Assembly (NCBI RefSeq): GCF_006345805.1
Contig: NC_043005.1
Span: forward strand, 68,944,001-69,008,000
Length of the DNA: 64,000 nucleotides
DNA from: Octopus sinensis
Taxonomy: Eukaryota
Direction of reading: 5' to 3'
Shown here: positions 51,963-64,000 of the stretch, piece after piece
Layout: every line of letters starts with the position of its first letter
Position numbering within the stretch: position 1 is the first letter of the stretch
Made by a program: the position numbers and the translations under genes
Notes under the pieces: model-generated
Database searches by the model: none
What the model saw: only the letters and a program-made list of their open reading frames with translations
What the model was told of the DNA's origin: nothing

Positions 51963-53835
51963 ATTTTCTTAGGATTAAGGCCAGTTTAGTGGTTCACTTC
52001 TGTCATCTCCAACCAAATGGTCAAGCCAGTGGAGTTACGTGTACCAGTAAAAACGGTCTGGAAATTCCTCAGCTTCTTGTAACGAAGTCGCTACTAGTGC
52101 AGCATCGTCTGCAAAAAAAGCCGATCGCGGCTGATACATGTGCTTAGCAGTGTTTGGGATTTTTTAACGCAGATGATTGAATAGTCCACCACGTTCGAAA
52201 ATGTAATTTAACACCTTTTTCAATGTCACCAAATCACCAAAAGTATATATTAGCATCAGTGAGAAAAAGAGTGCAAACAAGACAAGGGTCATGACTCGAC
52301 CATGATCCTTTGTCGTGTGTAATATCAAAGGAACCTGAATATTTTCCCCCAGACAAGATAACAGCATCCGTTCCCTCATGAAAGGACATGATAAATTAAA
52401 GATGTTTTCATGTAAGCTTTTTCAGAACTTTCCAAAGCGCTTGCCGGTTAACACTGTTGAAGGCCATAGTATAGTCCACGAACGCCATGAAAACACACAT
52501 TCACTAACACACACACTCACTAACACACACACACACTCACTAACACACACACACACTCACTAACACACACACACACACACTCACTAACACACACACACAC
52601 ACACACATATCTACTTGGTGACCGATAGTTTTACTTTTACAAATAAAGTCTATCTTATTACCAAATTACAAATTATTGCCAGGGATGAACTGAAATGTTT
52701 CTGGATATGATACATGTGTCTAGTCTGTAATTATATCGTGTTCGTGATTACATGTGTTAAGATCTAATTTATATTATCGAGAGTTATTCGTCATCATATG
52801 AGCAGAAATAGAGGATATTATATCCATTCCATTATCCGTATTAAAAATTCCTTTTTCTAAAACTGCCCATGGCGTGGTCTTTGCCAGGACTGAGAATGGC
52901 AGGTATGTATACATTTAGAAAATAAAAATTAGCAAAGAATACTGTGAAAGAAGAACACATTTACAATATGATCCTGGCTGGCTCCCATGTTGCAGTGTAT
53001 TGAGAGGAAAATCTTCGTCAAACTTTCCTGTGCTATGAATGTAACTTACTCGTATTCGTCTGTAAATGTTAACATAATACTAATAGCCTTGGTGATATAC
53101 TATCTTATGAAAGATATCTCCTTCAGTGTTATGGGGATGATGGTAATAATGGGACACCCCTCCCACGTGACGAGTGGTATGTGTTAGATACTATAAATAA
53201 GGTGACGTCGGTCAGTATAATGAGAGAATACGTTCGGGTGAGATTGGTTTAATCGGCATTAGAACATTAAACACATCGTAATTTGAGCATACCAGTAAAA
53301 TGTTAGGAGATTTAATAATTTCCGAAATAATGCCATTCATGAAATTGTTTCTTAGTCGTAAAATCTTGCAGTTGTTTCTATTCTTTAGAAACCTGAATCT
53401 ACTGCATTTTACTTTCTCTGTAGGATAGTATGTAAAATGCGAGATCGAGAAGTACAGATGCAATATTTCATATGAAAGCAACAAAAATTCACAGTTTTCC
53501 AAGGAAAACTAATTGCGGTGTCACGTTAACTACAAAGCAGAAATCAAATTCTATATTTCAGAAATGTAGAAATTTTATATCAATAATGTAGAAAACATTA
53601 ATAATGTAAAGTTGTATGATGGGCATCTTCTTAAAAGTTCTATGCAGTCACAAATAAAAAGAAACAAAAACAATTGTATACGGTAAAGGAGAGTTCCGCC
53701 AACCGAAGTTACATGACTGATGTTTCTCTAGTACTTTGTTTTTTTTATATTTTTTTTAGTACTTTTACATTTCACTGTTCCATACCAATCCATCATCCAT
53801 CCGACCTTCTGTCCGTCCGTGCGTCTGTCTGCCTG

Positions 53836-53864
53836 TCTATCTATCTATCTATCTATCTATCTGC

Positions 53865-53958
<94 letters not shown>
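53836..53958. repeat. (TCTA)n microsatellite
   Basis: Direct reading. Confidence 0.95.
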
Positions 53959-55561
53959 GTGCTCTTACACACAGGCACATACAAACATACACACATATAT
54001 TCATAATTTGGATAAATACGTACATGTTTCTGGCAGTTAACCTAATGCATACTGTACAGGAGACCTTTGTTATCTAACCTACGACATAAGTTGTAATAAC
54101 AATATATCTGCCATTTTAATTTAATGGCATTGGTATGATATTCTAATTTGTTTTATAAGTGAATAGGATGTTAGTCGATTGTTATTCCAGAATACTGAAA
54201 GGTTATATTTGTATAGTTTGAACCCAAATTAAGGCCAAATACCTGAATATACAAAATTTGTCATGAAAATATGCTTAGTATATAGATTATACTTTCTATT
54301 TTTATGTTGAATTTTCTGTCAAATGCATACTTTTCAATTCCCATTTCGCGTAAACTTTATTTAATCATCATACATGATAACAAATGCTCCAGTGAGGCAT
54401 AGAGGCCAATATCGAAAATAATTGGGTATCTTTCCATCTTATGGATAATTTGATGCCACTATAAAAACGATCAGACATCAATCAGAAATGCATGTGTCAG
54501 TCGTTTAAATTGCAAAAATATTTTACACTGTACAACCAGGATTAATGTACAATTGTGAACGCTGAAGTAGGTAATACTATAAATATAAATTTCCCGATAT
54601 TTGAAATATATTGCCAAAATCTTGATGATGTTATAATATGCATTTTATTTAAGATATTTTCGTATGACTCTAATTTAGGATCGAAGAAAATGGAATTTCC
54701 CTTTGAAAAATAATTCTTTATTTTTGGTGTTCTTTTTATTTTTCGCAACTGAAACTAATAGAATGAAACCCTGCCATAGTTTTATAGAATACGTATTAAT
54801 TTTAATTCGGTTGAATAATGTAGGTAAAATATAATATTTGGCTAGAATTATTCAAATGAGACGATATTTAAGGAATTACCTCTATTTGTTTTTAAAATTA
54901 AAGCTAATTACATGTATTTAAGAAAACATGGTAAGAGTTGCGTCTTCATTTATTCACTGTCCAGTATTAACTTCAGCCATCTTCAAGGCAGTATCCTTTA
55001 CAATAGAGTTATTTAAAAGGGGAGCATAAGGAAGAAAATCATGTATTTGTTGTTTGCAATTGAAACACCTGGTGTCATTTCTAATAGATTTATCGGATGA
55101 AAACTATAAAAAATCCTGGCCACATTTTAAGCTAACACTTTTTCTGCGTAGATGATTCTATGGACGTCTAAGGATAGTTGTTTATTAATGTCACAAATGT
55201 GCATGAAGGTGTTCGTGAATGCGTATGTGAGAGCCTGCATGAGCGTGCGAGTGGGGGCTTGTGACCTTGGCGTGTGCGTGTGTGCATGTGTAGGTGTGTG
55301 GAAGATGGTGTGGATGCAGGGAAGTAGTCAGTGCTAGTGTGTGTGCGCCAACGTAAATATTAAAAACGATATATTCAGAACAGTCAATACCCATGAATTT
55401 GTACGGAACAATTCCAGTCATTACTATTACAACCAGCACAGGTAACTTTACAGGTGCTACTGTTGCTTAAACAATCAAAACAAACAAAAAAAAATACTTG
55501 TTTATATCTGCTACTGCCTACTACTGAACGTTCACAAAAGTAAAAGAGAGAAAGAGACAGA

Positions 55562-55651
55562 CAGAAAAAAGGAAAATGTCCCTTATATTTGAAAACTACG
55601 GAAATGTTTTAAAAACTTAATACATACTATCAAGCATTCACGAGAATAAAA

Positions 55652-55691
<40 letters not shown>

Positions 55692-55772
55692 AGAGAGAGA
55701 TAATGAGAGAGAGAGCGACACACAATTTCAGAAAAAAGGAAAATGTCCCTAGTATTTGAAAACTATAGAAAT
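55562..55772. repeat. About 44-bp direct repeat pair (55562-55605, 55729-55772) flanking a (GA)n tract
   Basis: CAGAAAAAAGGAAAATGTCCCT(TA/AG)TATTTGAAAACTA occurs twice. Confidence 0.8.
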
Positions 55773-56213
55773 ATTACTGTATCTTTAACTACCTACCTAC
55801 CTACCACCTATAGATCTAGCTATCTATTTGTCTGTCTGTCTGTGTGACTATCTGTGCGTATGTCTGTCTGTCTGTATGTCTATCTACTTACAGGTAGATA
55901 GTTTACACCTGTAAACTGCATACTTAATTTTGCAATCTTATTTTATCGGGCGGATTTTCCTTTTTTGCGCAATCGCAGTTATTAAGTTTTGTAATTCTAT
56001 TATCAGTTTCTGTTTTGGGTTGATTTCTGCTACTCACTAAGTTATTTCGGCGAAGTTCTAGATTATTTTCAATATTTCCATTGTTGGAATTTCTCTGGTC
56101 CTAAGCCGTATGTATGTATGTATGTATGTATGTATGTATGTATGTATGTATGTATGTATGTATGTATGTATGTATACATACATATATATATATAATATAT
56201 GTGTATATATATA

Positions 56214-57344
56214 CAAGCGTTGGACAAAATAGTGGAAACACCATAGAATTTGAGACACATTTTTAAATATGCGTTAGGATCAACTTTGGCAGTAATTATG
56301 GCTTAAATTCTACGAGGAATGGACTCGTACAAATTTTTGTTTCCAAAGGAATTCGTGTGAATTTTTTCAGCTAACACAGTCTTCTTACATGTTTTTCTAA
56401 AATGCACCATAAATGTTCAATGATATTGAGATCTGGGAACTGTGGTGGTAAGATAAGATGTTCAACTTTACTAGAATGTTCCTCGTACCATTCAGTAACA
56501 ACTTTAGCTGTGTTAATTGGTGCATTATCATCCTGAAAGATTGCGTTTCCCCCCGGAAACAGTTCCACAACAACAGGATGAAGTTGATCAGCTAAAGTGC
56601 TTAATTAGTCTTAACTATTAATTCTGCCATGAAAGGAAGCCATTGGGTCGACGGATTTTTAACAGAACCCCTCCCCCGTTCATTACAGGTCCACCTTCGG
56701 GTTTAACAGTTGGAAGAGGGCAGTCTGGGTCAAATGCTTCTTTTGACTGTGTCCACAAAAATACTCGGCCGGTGGTCTGAAATACGGTAAAGGACGAAAA
56801 TAACATTCTTCCACTACACTAGGGACCAATTCCGTATATTTATACTCCAGTCTGAACGCTTGTAACGCTTGATTTTTAAAGCAGTCGTTTTCTGATTGCA
56901 GCTCTCCTGTGACATCCGACTTTGTGCAGCTCCGCGAACAGTTTTCGTGGAAACTGGGTTCTCGAGGTGTTCATGAAGCTCTGCAGTAATTTTGGGAGTC
57001 CTACTGTCCCATTTGAAAGTTGTGGTTTTCATCCGGAGATTTGTTTCGACGATGTTCTTCCCTCTTCCTCAAAGGATGCCATTGCTTTCGAGACACTACT
57101 TCTTGATACACCAAACATTTCGGCAACAACAATTTGACCTCTTTGAAAGTCCGATAGGTCTGTCATTTTAATGTATTTTTCTGATGATATCTGAAAAGTA
57201 ACAACAATTTTAGCAAAACATTATGCAACACTAATAATACATTAAAAAAAACATAGAAATAAACAAGCTTTTGACGGTTTTATAAAAAATTCTAAATTAT
57301 GATGTTATTATGCTAGGTGGTTCCATTATTGGGCCCAACTCCTG
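56214..57344 (-). mobile_element. Full-length degenerate Tc1-family transposon
   Basis: 29-bp TIRs (22/29 match) flanked by TA. ATG at 57166 gives MTDLSDFQRGQIV. DDE-region pieces IFQDDNAPINTAK and PPQFPDLNIIEHLW. Multiple frameshifts. Confidence 0.92.
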
Positions 57345-57375
57345 TATGTGTGTATGTGTGTTTATATATATATAT

Positions 57376-58504
57376 AAACTTAGATAAACTTAGATATGTT
57401 TCGACCAAAGATTGGTCCAGGCCATATTTAACTTAATAACACCACCTGATAGGATCATTTGAATCCTGTTTAAGTCAAGTTTTGTTTATGGTCCATTAAA
57501 GTAGTGAGTTTTTGTTGGGTGAGTTGTATCCAATTATGAGTGGCATATCTGGTATTCTTTGAAGGAATCTATCCAGACTCCGTTTAAAGTTGATGGGATC
57601 CTTTTCTTCTTTGATCTCTTTCGGGACAATGTTAAATAGGGCAGGGCCTGTTGAGGAAAATAAGTTATGTTGCAGTGTACATGTATGCTGTGATCTTGAA
57701 TTGGGCAGGGGACGTATGGCCCGTTGTCCCAGTCTTGGATTAACCTTGAAGCTAATGTTCAGGTCGTTTGGGCAAAGTTGGCGGTATATTCTCCACATCG
57801 TACAAATGATGTACCGCTCACGGCGACGCTGGAGAGAGTAGAGTTTCAAGGCTTTAAGGCGATCCCAATAATCGAGAGCAGCAATGCCTTCAATTCTTTT
57901 AGTGAGTGCCCTCTGGGGTGATTCAATCCTCGAGATGTTTTGTCTTGTATGGGGAGACCACAGTGGGCAGCAGTATTCGAGGTGTGGCCGTACAAATGAG
58001 GAGAAAAGTGGTATGATGATACCATGTTCTCTGGACCGGAAAGTTCTTAAGATCCAGGAACTCATCCTACGAGCTATATCGACCTTCTTGTTGATGTGTG
58101 CACTCCAATTGAGATCGCCATCAACAATTACACCCAGGTCTCTGATATTGTTAGAGGCTGTGAGCGGTTCCCCTGAAGGAAGAGAATATGGCTGTTTTAG
58201 TGGGGAATTTCTTCCAAAATGCATCAGCTCAAATTTTCCCTCGTTCAGTTGGATTTTGTTACTGTCTGCCCATTGACTCACAGCATATAGATTAGACTGA
58301 AGTTGAGTTCGGTCTGATTCTTCATTGACGATTTGCTGGAGCTTAGTGTCATCAGCAAATATTTTCACTTTGCAGTAATGTACGACACTGGAAAGGTCGT
58401 TTATGTAAATTAAGAAGAGTAGTGGACCCAAGACAGTCCCCTGGGAGACACCGCTGGTGACTTTTGCTGGGCTAGAGTGGACTCCATCAACCACAGCATG
58501 TTGT

Positions 58505-58506
<2 letters not shown>
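57376..58506 (-). mobile_element. 5'-truncated CR1/L2-like LINE with an uninterrupted RT C-terminal reading frame
   Basis: About 336 codons (58504 to 57496): SGVSQGTVLGPLLFLIYINDL, IFADD, RPHLEYCCPLWSP, LQRRRER. 3' stem-loop GACCA/TGGTC at 57403-57417. Tail is a 10-mer repeated twice at 57376-57395. The ORF start at 58599 is microsatellite read-through. Confidence 0.93.
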
Positions 58507-58562
<56 letters not shown>

Positions 58563-58745
58563 CACATGTGTGCATTTTTCCCTTGTTAACAATTAACACG
58601 GCAAAAGTTTATAAATAGTTACCAGGGTAGCTACAAATCACACAAGTAAAAGTTTGGTAACCCCTTGTTTTTGAAGGTAGAAAATTCGGGTTTATGTGAA
58701 ATAATCTGTATGATATATAGATATGTGCATGTATGCATGTATATA

Positions 58746-58790
58746 CCGGTGTTGGACAAAATAATGGAAACACCATAGAATTTGAGGCAA
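58746..58790. mobile_element. Solo Tc1 terminus, same family as 56214-57344
   Basis: CCGGTGTTGGACAAAATAATGGAAACACCATAGAATTTGAG after TA, matching 56214-56253. Confidence 0.8.
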
Positions 58791-59400
58791 AAGAATTGAG
58801 AATAATTTAGCTAAATTTTTTCCGTAGAACGGGCTTAAGCATCGTGTTTGATGATGAAGTGACGAAGGCCAACTTTTTAGATATACGCTTAACTAACACA
58901 ATAACTCTTACTTCCCATACCACAAACCATCCTCCAGTCTTAAGTATATCAGCAAATTCAGTAATCATTCAGTAATCATTACTAGGAACTTAGTTAAGAA
59001 TATTTAATTTCAATTATCTAAGTTATCTGCTAATGTTGACATTTTCAATAAGACCGAATTTTATAACTCTGCCTTACTTACAGCAGGTTATACAGAGAAA
59101 CTTACCTATATTAATTCCGTTCAATCTTATACTACATCTACAGTAGATATGAAATCTAGTTGTAATGATATAAACGGCATCAATTTTAATTTTTACACCA
59201 AAGCCAAACAGAGAAAGGGAGATAACCCTTATTTAATCACCTATTTCGTTCTAAAGGTAAGTGTCTTTCAAAGATAGTTACACTAAAAATAATGTAACTA
59301 ATAGTAAAACTATTTGGTTAATTATTTCTTATGGGAGGCAAATTAAATCTAATCTTCCTTTGCAGTTTCGTGAAGCTGTTATTAGGGATTTTCTAAAGAA
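58791..59400 (+). pseudogene. Penelope-like element RT remnant (C-terminal RT/thumb region)
   Basis: Frameshifted translation RIENNLAKFF..GLSIVFDDEVTKANFLDIRL..YFPYHKPSSSLKYISKFSNHS...LSKLSANVDIFNK..FYNSALLTAGYTEKLTY matches the PLE pattern 'NFLD..L...Y.PY.KP....YI...SNHP'. Similarity is weaker after about 59120. Confidence 0.7.
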
Positions 59401-60035
59401 TTCTAGGTAATAATCTATTATCAACTCACGCACGTGGTTTTTCCACGTGTCGAAGTAAAAGAATGTGAATAACACCTGCTTTTAACTCCATTTATATATA
59501 TATATATATAGTCCATGCGTTTATACAGTAACATGAAGAACTTATTTAATGCAGAGTATAACAATCTCTTCGTAGTATCCATGTACATAGTTACACAATG
59601 GCTTATAAGCTGATACCTACTATTCAACAAATACAGACTGTGTAGAATTTTATTTGAAGAATACCAGAGATGAAATGAAAATATTTTGTTTTATGCGTAA
59701 CTGTATTTCTCTTACGAAAGTTATCCTACTACATGTAACACTGAATGGAACCATGGATACAGAATCATATACACGTAGATTGGTTGCATTTGTCTTTATA
59801 GCATACAGCACTGTGGTTAATGCTTGGATGATACGCTGGCTAGGCTATGCAGTATTGAATAGTTATTTGTTGTAGACTTAAAACATGAAACATGATTAAA
59901 TTTTTATCTCTTGCTTTGAAATTTAAAAATGTTTCTGTACACATTCAAATTGATAAGAACTAAAATAGGGTCAGGAAACACATATAAAAAATATCAAGTG
60001 TAGCAAAAATTTGCAAAGCGAAGTGTATACCCCTG

Positions 60036-60133
<98 letters not shown>

Positions 60134-60264
60134 GCTAGCTAGCTAGCTAGCTATCTAGCTAGCTATCAATCTATCTATCTATCTATATATCTATCTATCT
60201 ATCTATCTACCTACCTACCTATCTATCTATCTATCTACCTACCTATCTGTCTATCTATCAATCC

Positions 60265-60348
<84 letters not shown>

Positions 60349-60414
60349 GTCTATCAATGTATCTATGTATCTATCTATATATATATCTATATATTTATCT
60401 ATCTATCTATCTAT
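60036..60414. repeat. Long (ATCT)n microsatellite with CTAG/CTAC variants
   Basis: Direct reading. Confidence 0.95.
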
Positions 60415-62698
60415 ACGTGTATATGACTCAACACGAACAGAAATGAAAGTCATATTTCATTGGCTATTGCTTTACTTTTTTTCATTTTCGAAAGATGACT
60501 CGAAAATATAACTCGGACAAGGTATGAATTCAATAAAACTTGTGTTGTGTAAGGTAGGTATCAATTTTTCATATACGAAAATGCAATGGATTATTATTAC
60601 ATATACGTTTTTGAAGTTATATTTGCCACTCAGTCATTCACTATCACACGGAATTTATAATCGTTACATTAATAATAAGGTAAAGAACCAGGAAAAACAA
60701 AAGAACGTAAGGCTTTATTGGTGTACTTAGGTATTTAGACGCCAATGCTTTCCAGGATCTGCTGAGTGGAATGCCGTTGAAAATACAATCATCAATTAAA
60801 CTGGCATTGTGGCAATTATGCAATCACTGCTCCACTGAGAGAGTAAGGATTTCTGCTAGAGTTAAGAAGTATCTTTGAAGAGAATAAATGCTCTAGCAGC
60901 AACGCTTTAGCGTTTCCATTTTAATGGCTTTTACTGGCGTTGTCCTGGAAATAGAAATTAGATTGAAATGCAATGATGATAGTACAGCTGACAGTTTCGG
61001 TTTCACGTACGAATAATTATAGTTATTAACATGTACGGTGTTAAGATCCATGATGTTTGATCCCTAATCAATTATCATTGAAAGCTGATGTATCATAGTT
61101 TGTATCAAAAGTTCAAATCTTATAATCGGAAACCCATAATCAAAGTTTTGTTTGTACATGCTGGTGATGAATGAGAAAACCCCTTTGTGTTTATGAAGCG
61201 TTTCATATATGCAAGTTTTGAAAAAATCCAACACTATACCTCGCCAGCCATCAACAGCTAACGAGGTATTTTTAATTTCGCTTGAAAATCAGAAACTGAC
61301 AGACCGTTAATAATTACAGTAGTTAATAGTTATACGCAGCAGTGGGCCATGATAATGATACCTTAACGTTACGTTTAATAGCAGTTTTCTCACTTTCTAA
61401 CATTGATTAGTTGGGTGGTATAATGGGCACTAGATAATTAGATATTTGTAATTTCGACACCACAGGTCGTGAGTACGGTCTGTCGAATTGTTTTCAACAC
61501 TGGTCTTCTGAGACGCCGATCAATAAGAGCATTAATACATATCTACGTCTTTTCTTTCTGTTTCTGATACCCGAACATAACTTAAGAGATGCATTAAACT
61601 AACACCTATGATTATTCGTAACCGTTTTCGTGCTTACATTTCTTTAGATATTCCCGGTGTGCAGTAAGCTGTCAGCGTATTTTAAATGACAAATTAGCTC
61701 GAACAGCTTTTATACAGAACTGCAAGCTATTTTGTTGACACAGAATTCATTTGCTTGGAAATTGATTTGAAATTAATCTCTACATTCAACAAAGCAGCTG
61801 AAATTACACATTGATAATGTACTTGAATGTCACAATGTCCATTTCTGCTCATACGCCTGTACATAATGAAGGTGATAGATTATGTAATATAATCAACATA
61901 TCCATGTCCCTTCGAAAGATATACCATGCCATTTGAGACAAAGGAACTGAAAATGCGTTATGTACAAAAACAAATCATATGAACTTTATAAACGATTTTC
62001 TGTGAGAATGTGTGACGGAATTCATCTCAATTCAAGTTCAAATCTTTGGTCTATTAACTATTCACGGTATGAATTTGCGTTGAACGATCGAATTTTTATT
62101 CCATGAATGTGTTGTTGTTTCACATAACAAAGACTATACTGACGAAAATCTATTTTACATGAATCTGCTTCATTTATGTGACAGAAGTTCTAAGCCAGAG
62201 CGTGTTTTTTTTTTTCCAAAAGAGGAAAAGTAAATAATCACGCAGACATATGCGAAGTCCTTATAATACACATTATGCTAACTTTAATCTGGAAAAAAAA
62301 CTCTTACTTGTGATCAACATTGCATTTCATTCGCATATATGCACATACGCATGCAAATTACATACATTCATACATAACTGTGAATGGAAGCCTGCACAAA
62401 AACGCTACTGCATATGTGTGTGTATATACGCTCGTATACATACGTGCGCATACACGAACACAAAGACTATCATATACATATACATATGTAGCTAGTAATT
62501 ATGGACAAAAACTAAAGTCATCGACATTTATATAACATTTCAATCAATATAGTGTCAGTATAGTGTCGTAAGCATGGGACAAGAATGAAATGCAGAAAAT
62601 CTGCACCTATTCACACATTGCACAGACGTAAGAACTACATATGTAGATAATATTTAAATGCATATATATTTATGAGTGTGCGCGTGTGTGTCTATTTG

Positions 62699-62729
<31 letters not shown>

Positions 62730-63386
62730 CTCGCTCTCTCTCCTCGTTTAAATTATTTCGTTAACTAACAAAAAAATCTGTAAAATGTCCCCAATCAATA
62801 AAATAATTGTTAGCATACATCTCATCGTATGTAAAAATAAATACACATCCACATTTATATTCTTCGTAAATTTAGAATAAATCCATAATAAATACAAAGC
62901 AAAATAAACAAACAACACATTTCACCACTAAAATAATTTTCGGGAAACATATACTTCTAATTAAAGCCCCACATTTAAATTCGTCTTAATCGTTTTATAG
63001 TCTTTTATCTAACTCATGCAATCGATTTTGTATAAATAACAATCTGGTACAGTGTAACTAAACTTCGACGTCTACACGAGATATTAGTATCCTTAATGAA
63101 GGAAATAGCCATACTGGAATGGAATTTAAATCGGTATCTGCTCTTACCACTATGTTCCTGAAAAGGCCTTATGATGTATACGTTACTTTTCAGATTTAGA
63201 CTTTAATTTGGATTTCTACCTTCCAAATTTCCATACGTTCTTCTGAGCTTTAGTATTAGCGCATCTGGTGCAACGAAGAGATCTTCTATGTACAAATTCA
63301 TGTGATTAAATATCGCTGAATATTGTTTATACATAGAGACATGCATACATACATACATACATACATATACACACACACGCACGTAT

Positions 63387-63484
<98 letters not shown>

Positions 63485-64000
63485 CATATATATATATATA
63501 TAATGAGTAGGTACAATAAATTTAGGACCTGTACCGCGACATCCTTTGTGTCCTGTTTTCCATTTTATTCATTTGATACATATCAATATATATATAAGGA
63601 AAATAAGGCAAGGTCGAAATTGCTGAAATAATCCTTTCGTGAAGAACATTTTAATACCGATTTCAGCCTTTGCGACTTTTCAACTTAGAGTAAAGAATGA
63701 AAAACAATGAAATTAAATTAAATGTTTTAAAAATATTTCCCTTAGTTTTCAAATATACGGGACGTTTTTTTTTTACAGTCTCTCTTTTACTTTTGTGAAT
63801 GTTCTGTAGTATGTAGTACGTAGTAGCAGATCTAATCGAGTATATTTGATAAGAGTGTTGTGATTTCTTGGTGTTGATCGTTTAAATTGTTTAAATGTCG
63901 ACGTGTGGGTAAATATATAGTACTCCACGGAAGAATCTTGGTAACAGTGTCCCTGCCAGTAAAGGTTGACAAACCTCCATCTTCTTCTTTTTCTTCTTCT

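Noticed and set aside
57403-57423. GACCA-atctt-TGGTC-GAAAC looked like hammerhead stem II plus GAAA
   Set aside because: No CUGANGA upstream. Better explained as the LINE 3' terminal stem-loop.

Overview
AT-rich eukaryotic genomic DNA, dense in microsatellites and almost certainly non-genic (intergenic or one large intron). The two dominant tRNA-derived SINE families match repeats I recall from octopod cephalopods (Octopus); this is recognition from memory, not a search result. I could not support any host protein-coding exon, rRNA, tRNA gene or CRISPR array. Most ORF-track entries are translations of (TA)n, (CA)n, (TAA)n or (TATC)n repeats. The real coding signal is transposon debris: an RTE-like LINE, two CR1/L2-like LINEs, a Dong/R4-like LINE sitting in (TAA)n, a Penelope-like RT remnant, four mariner remnants and one Tc1 element. 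The most striking unexplained structure is a set of short ORF-less elements, mostly embedded in (TA)n tracts, that carry type I hammerhead ribozyme (HHR) motifs. Several are near-perfect foldbacks with one HHR on each strand (12113-12251, 12727-12876, 25977-26134; older degenerate example 4248-4760). Also notable are a 653-bp long-TIR element with an 8-bp TSD around a degenerate (TTAGGG)n spacer (28043-28695) and SINE multimers that reuse one fixed junction (29617-29953, 43487-44460).
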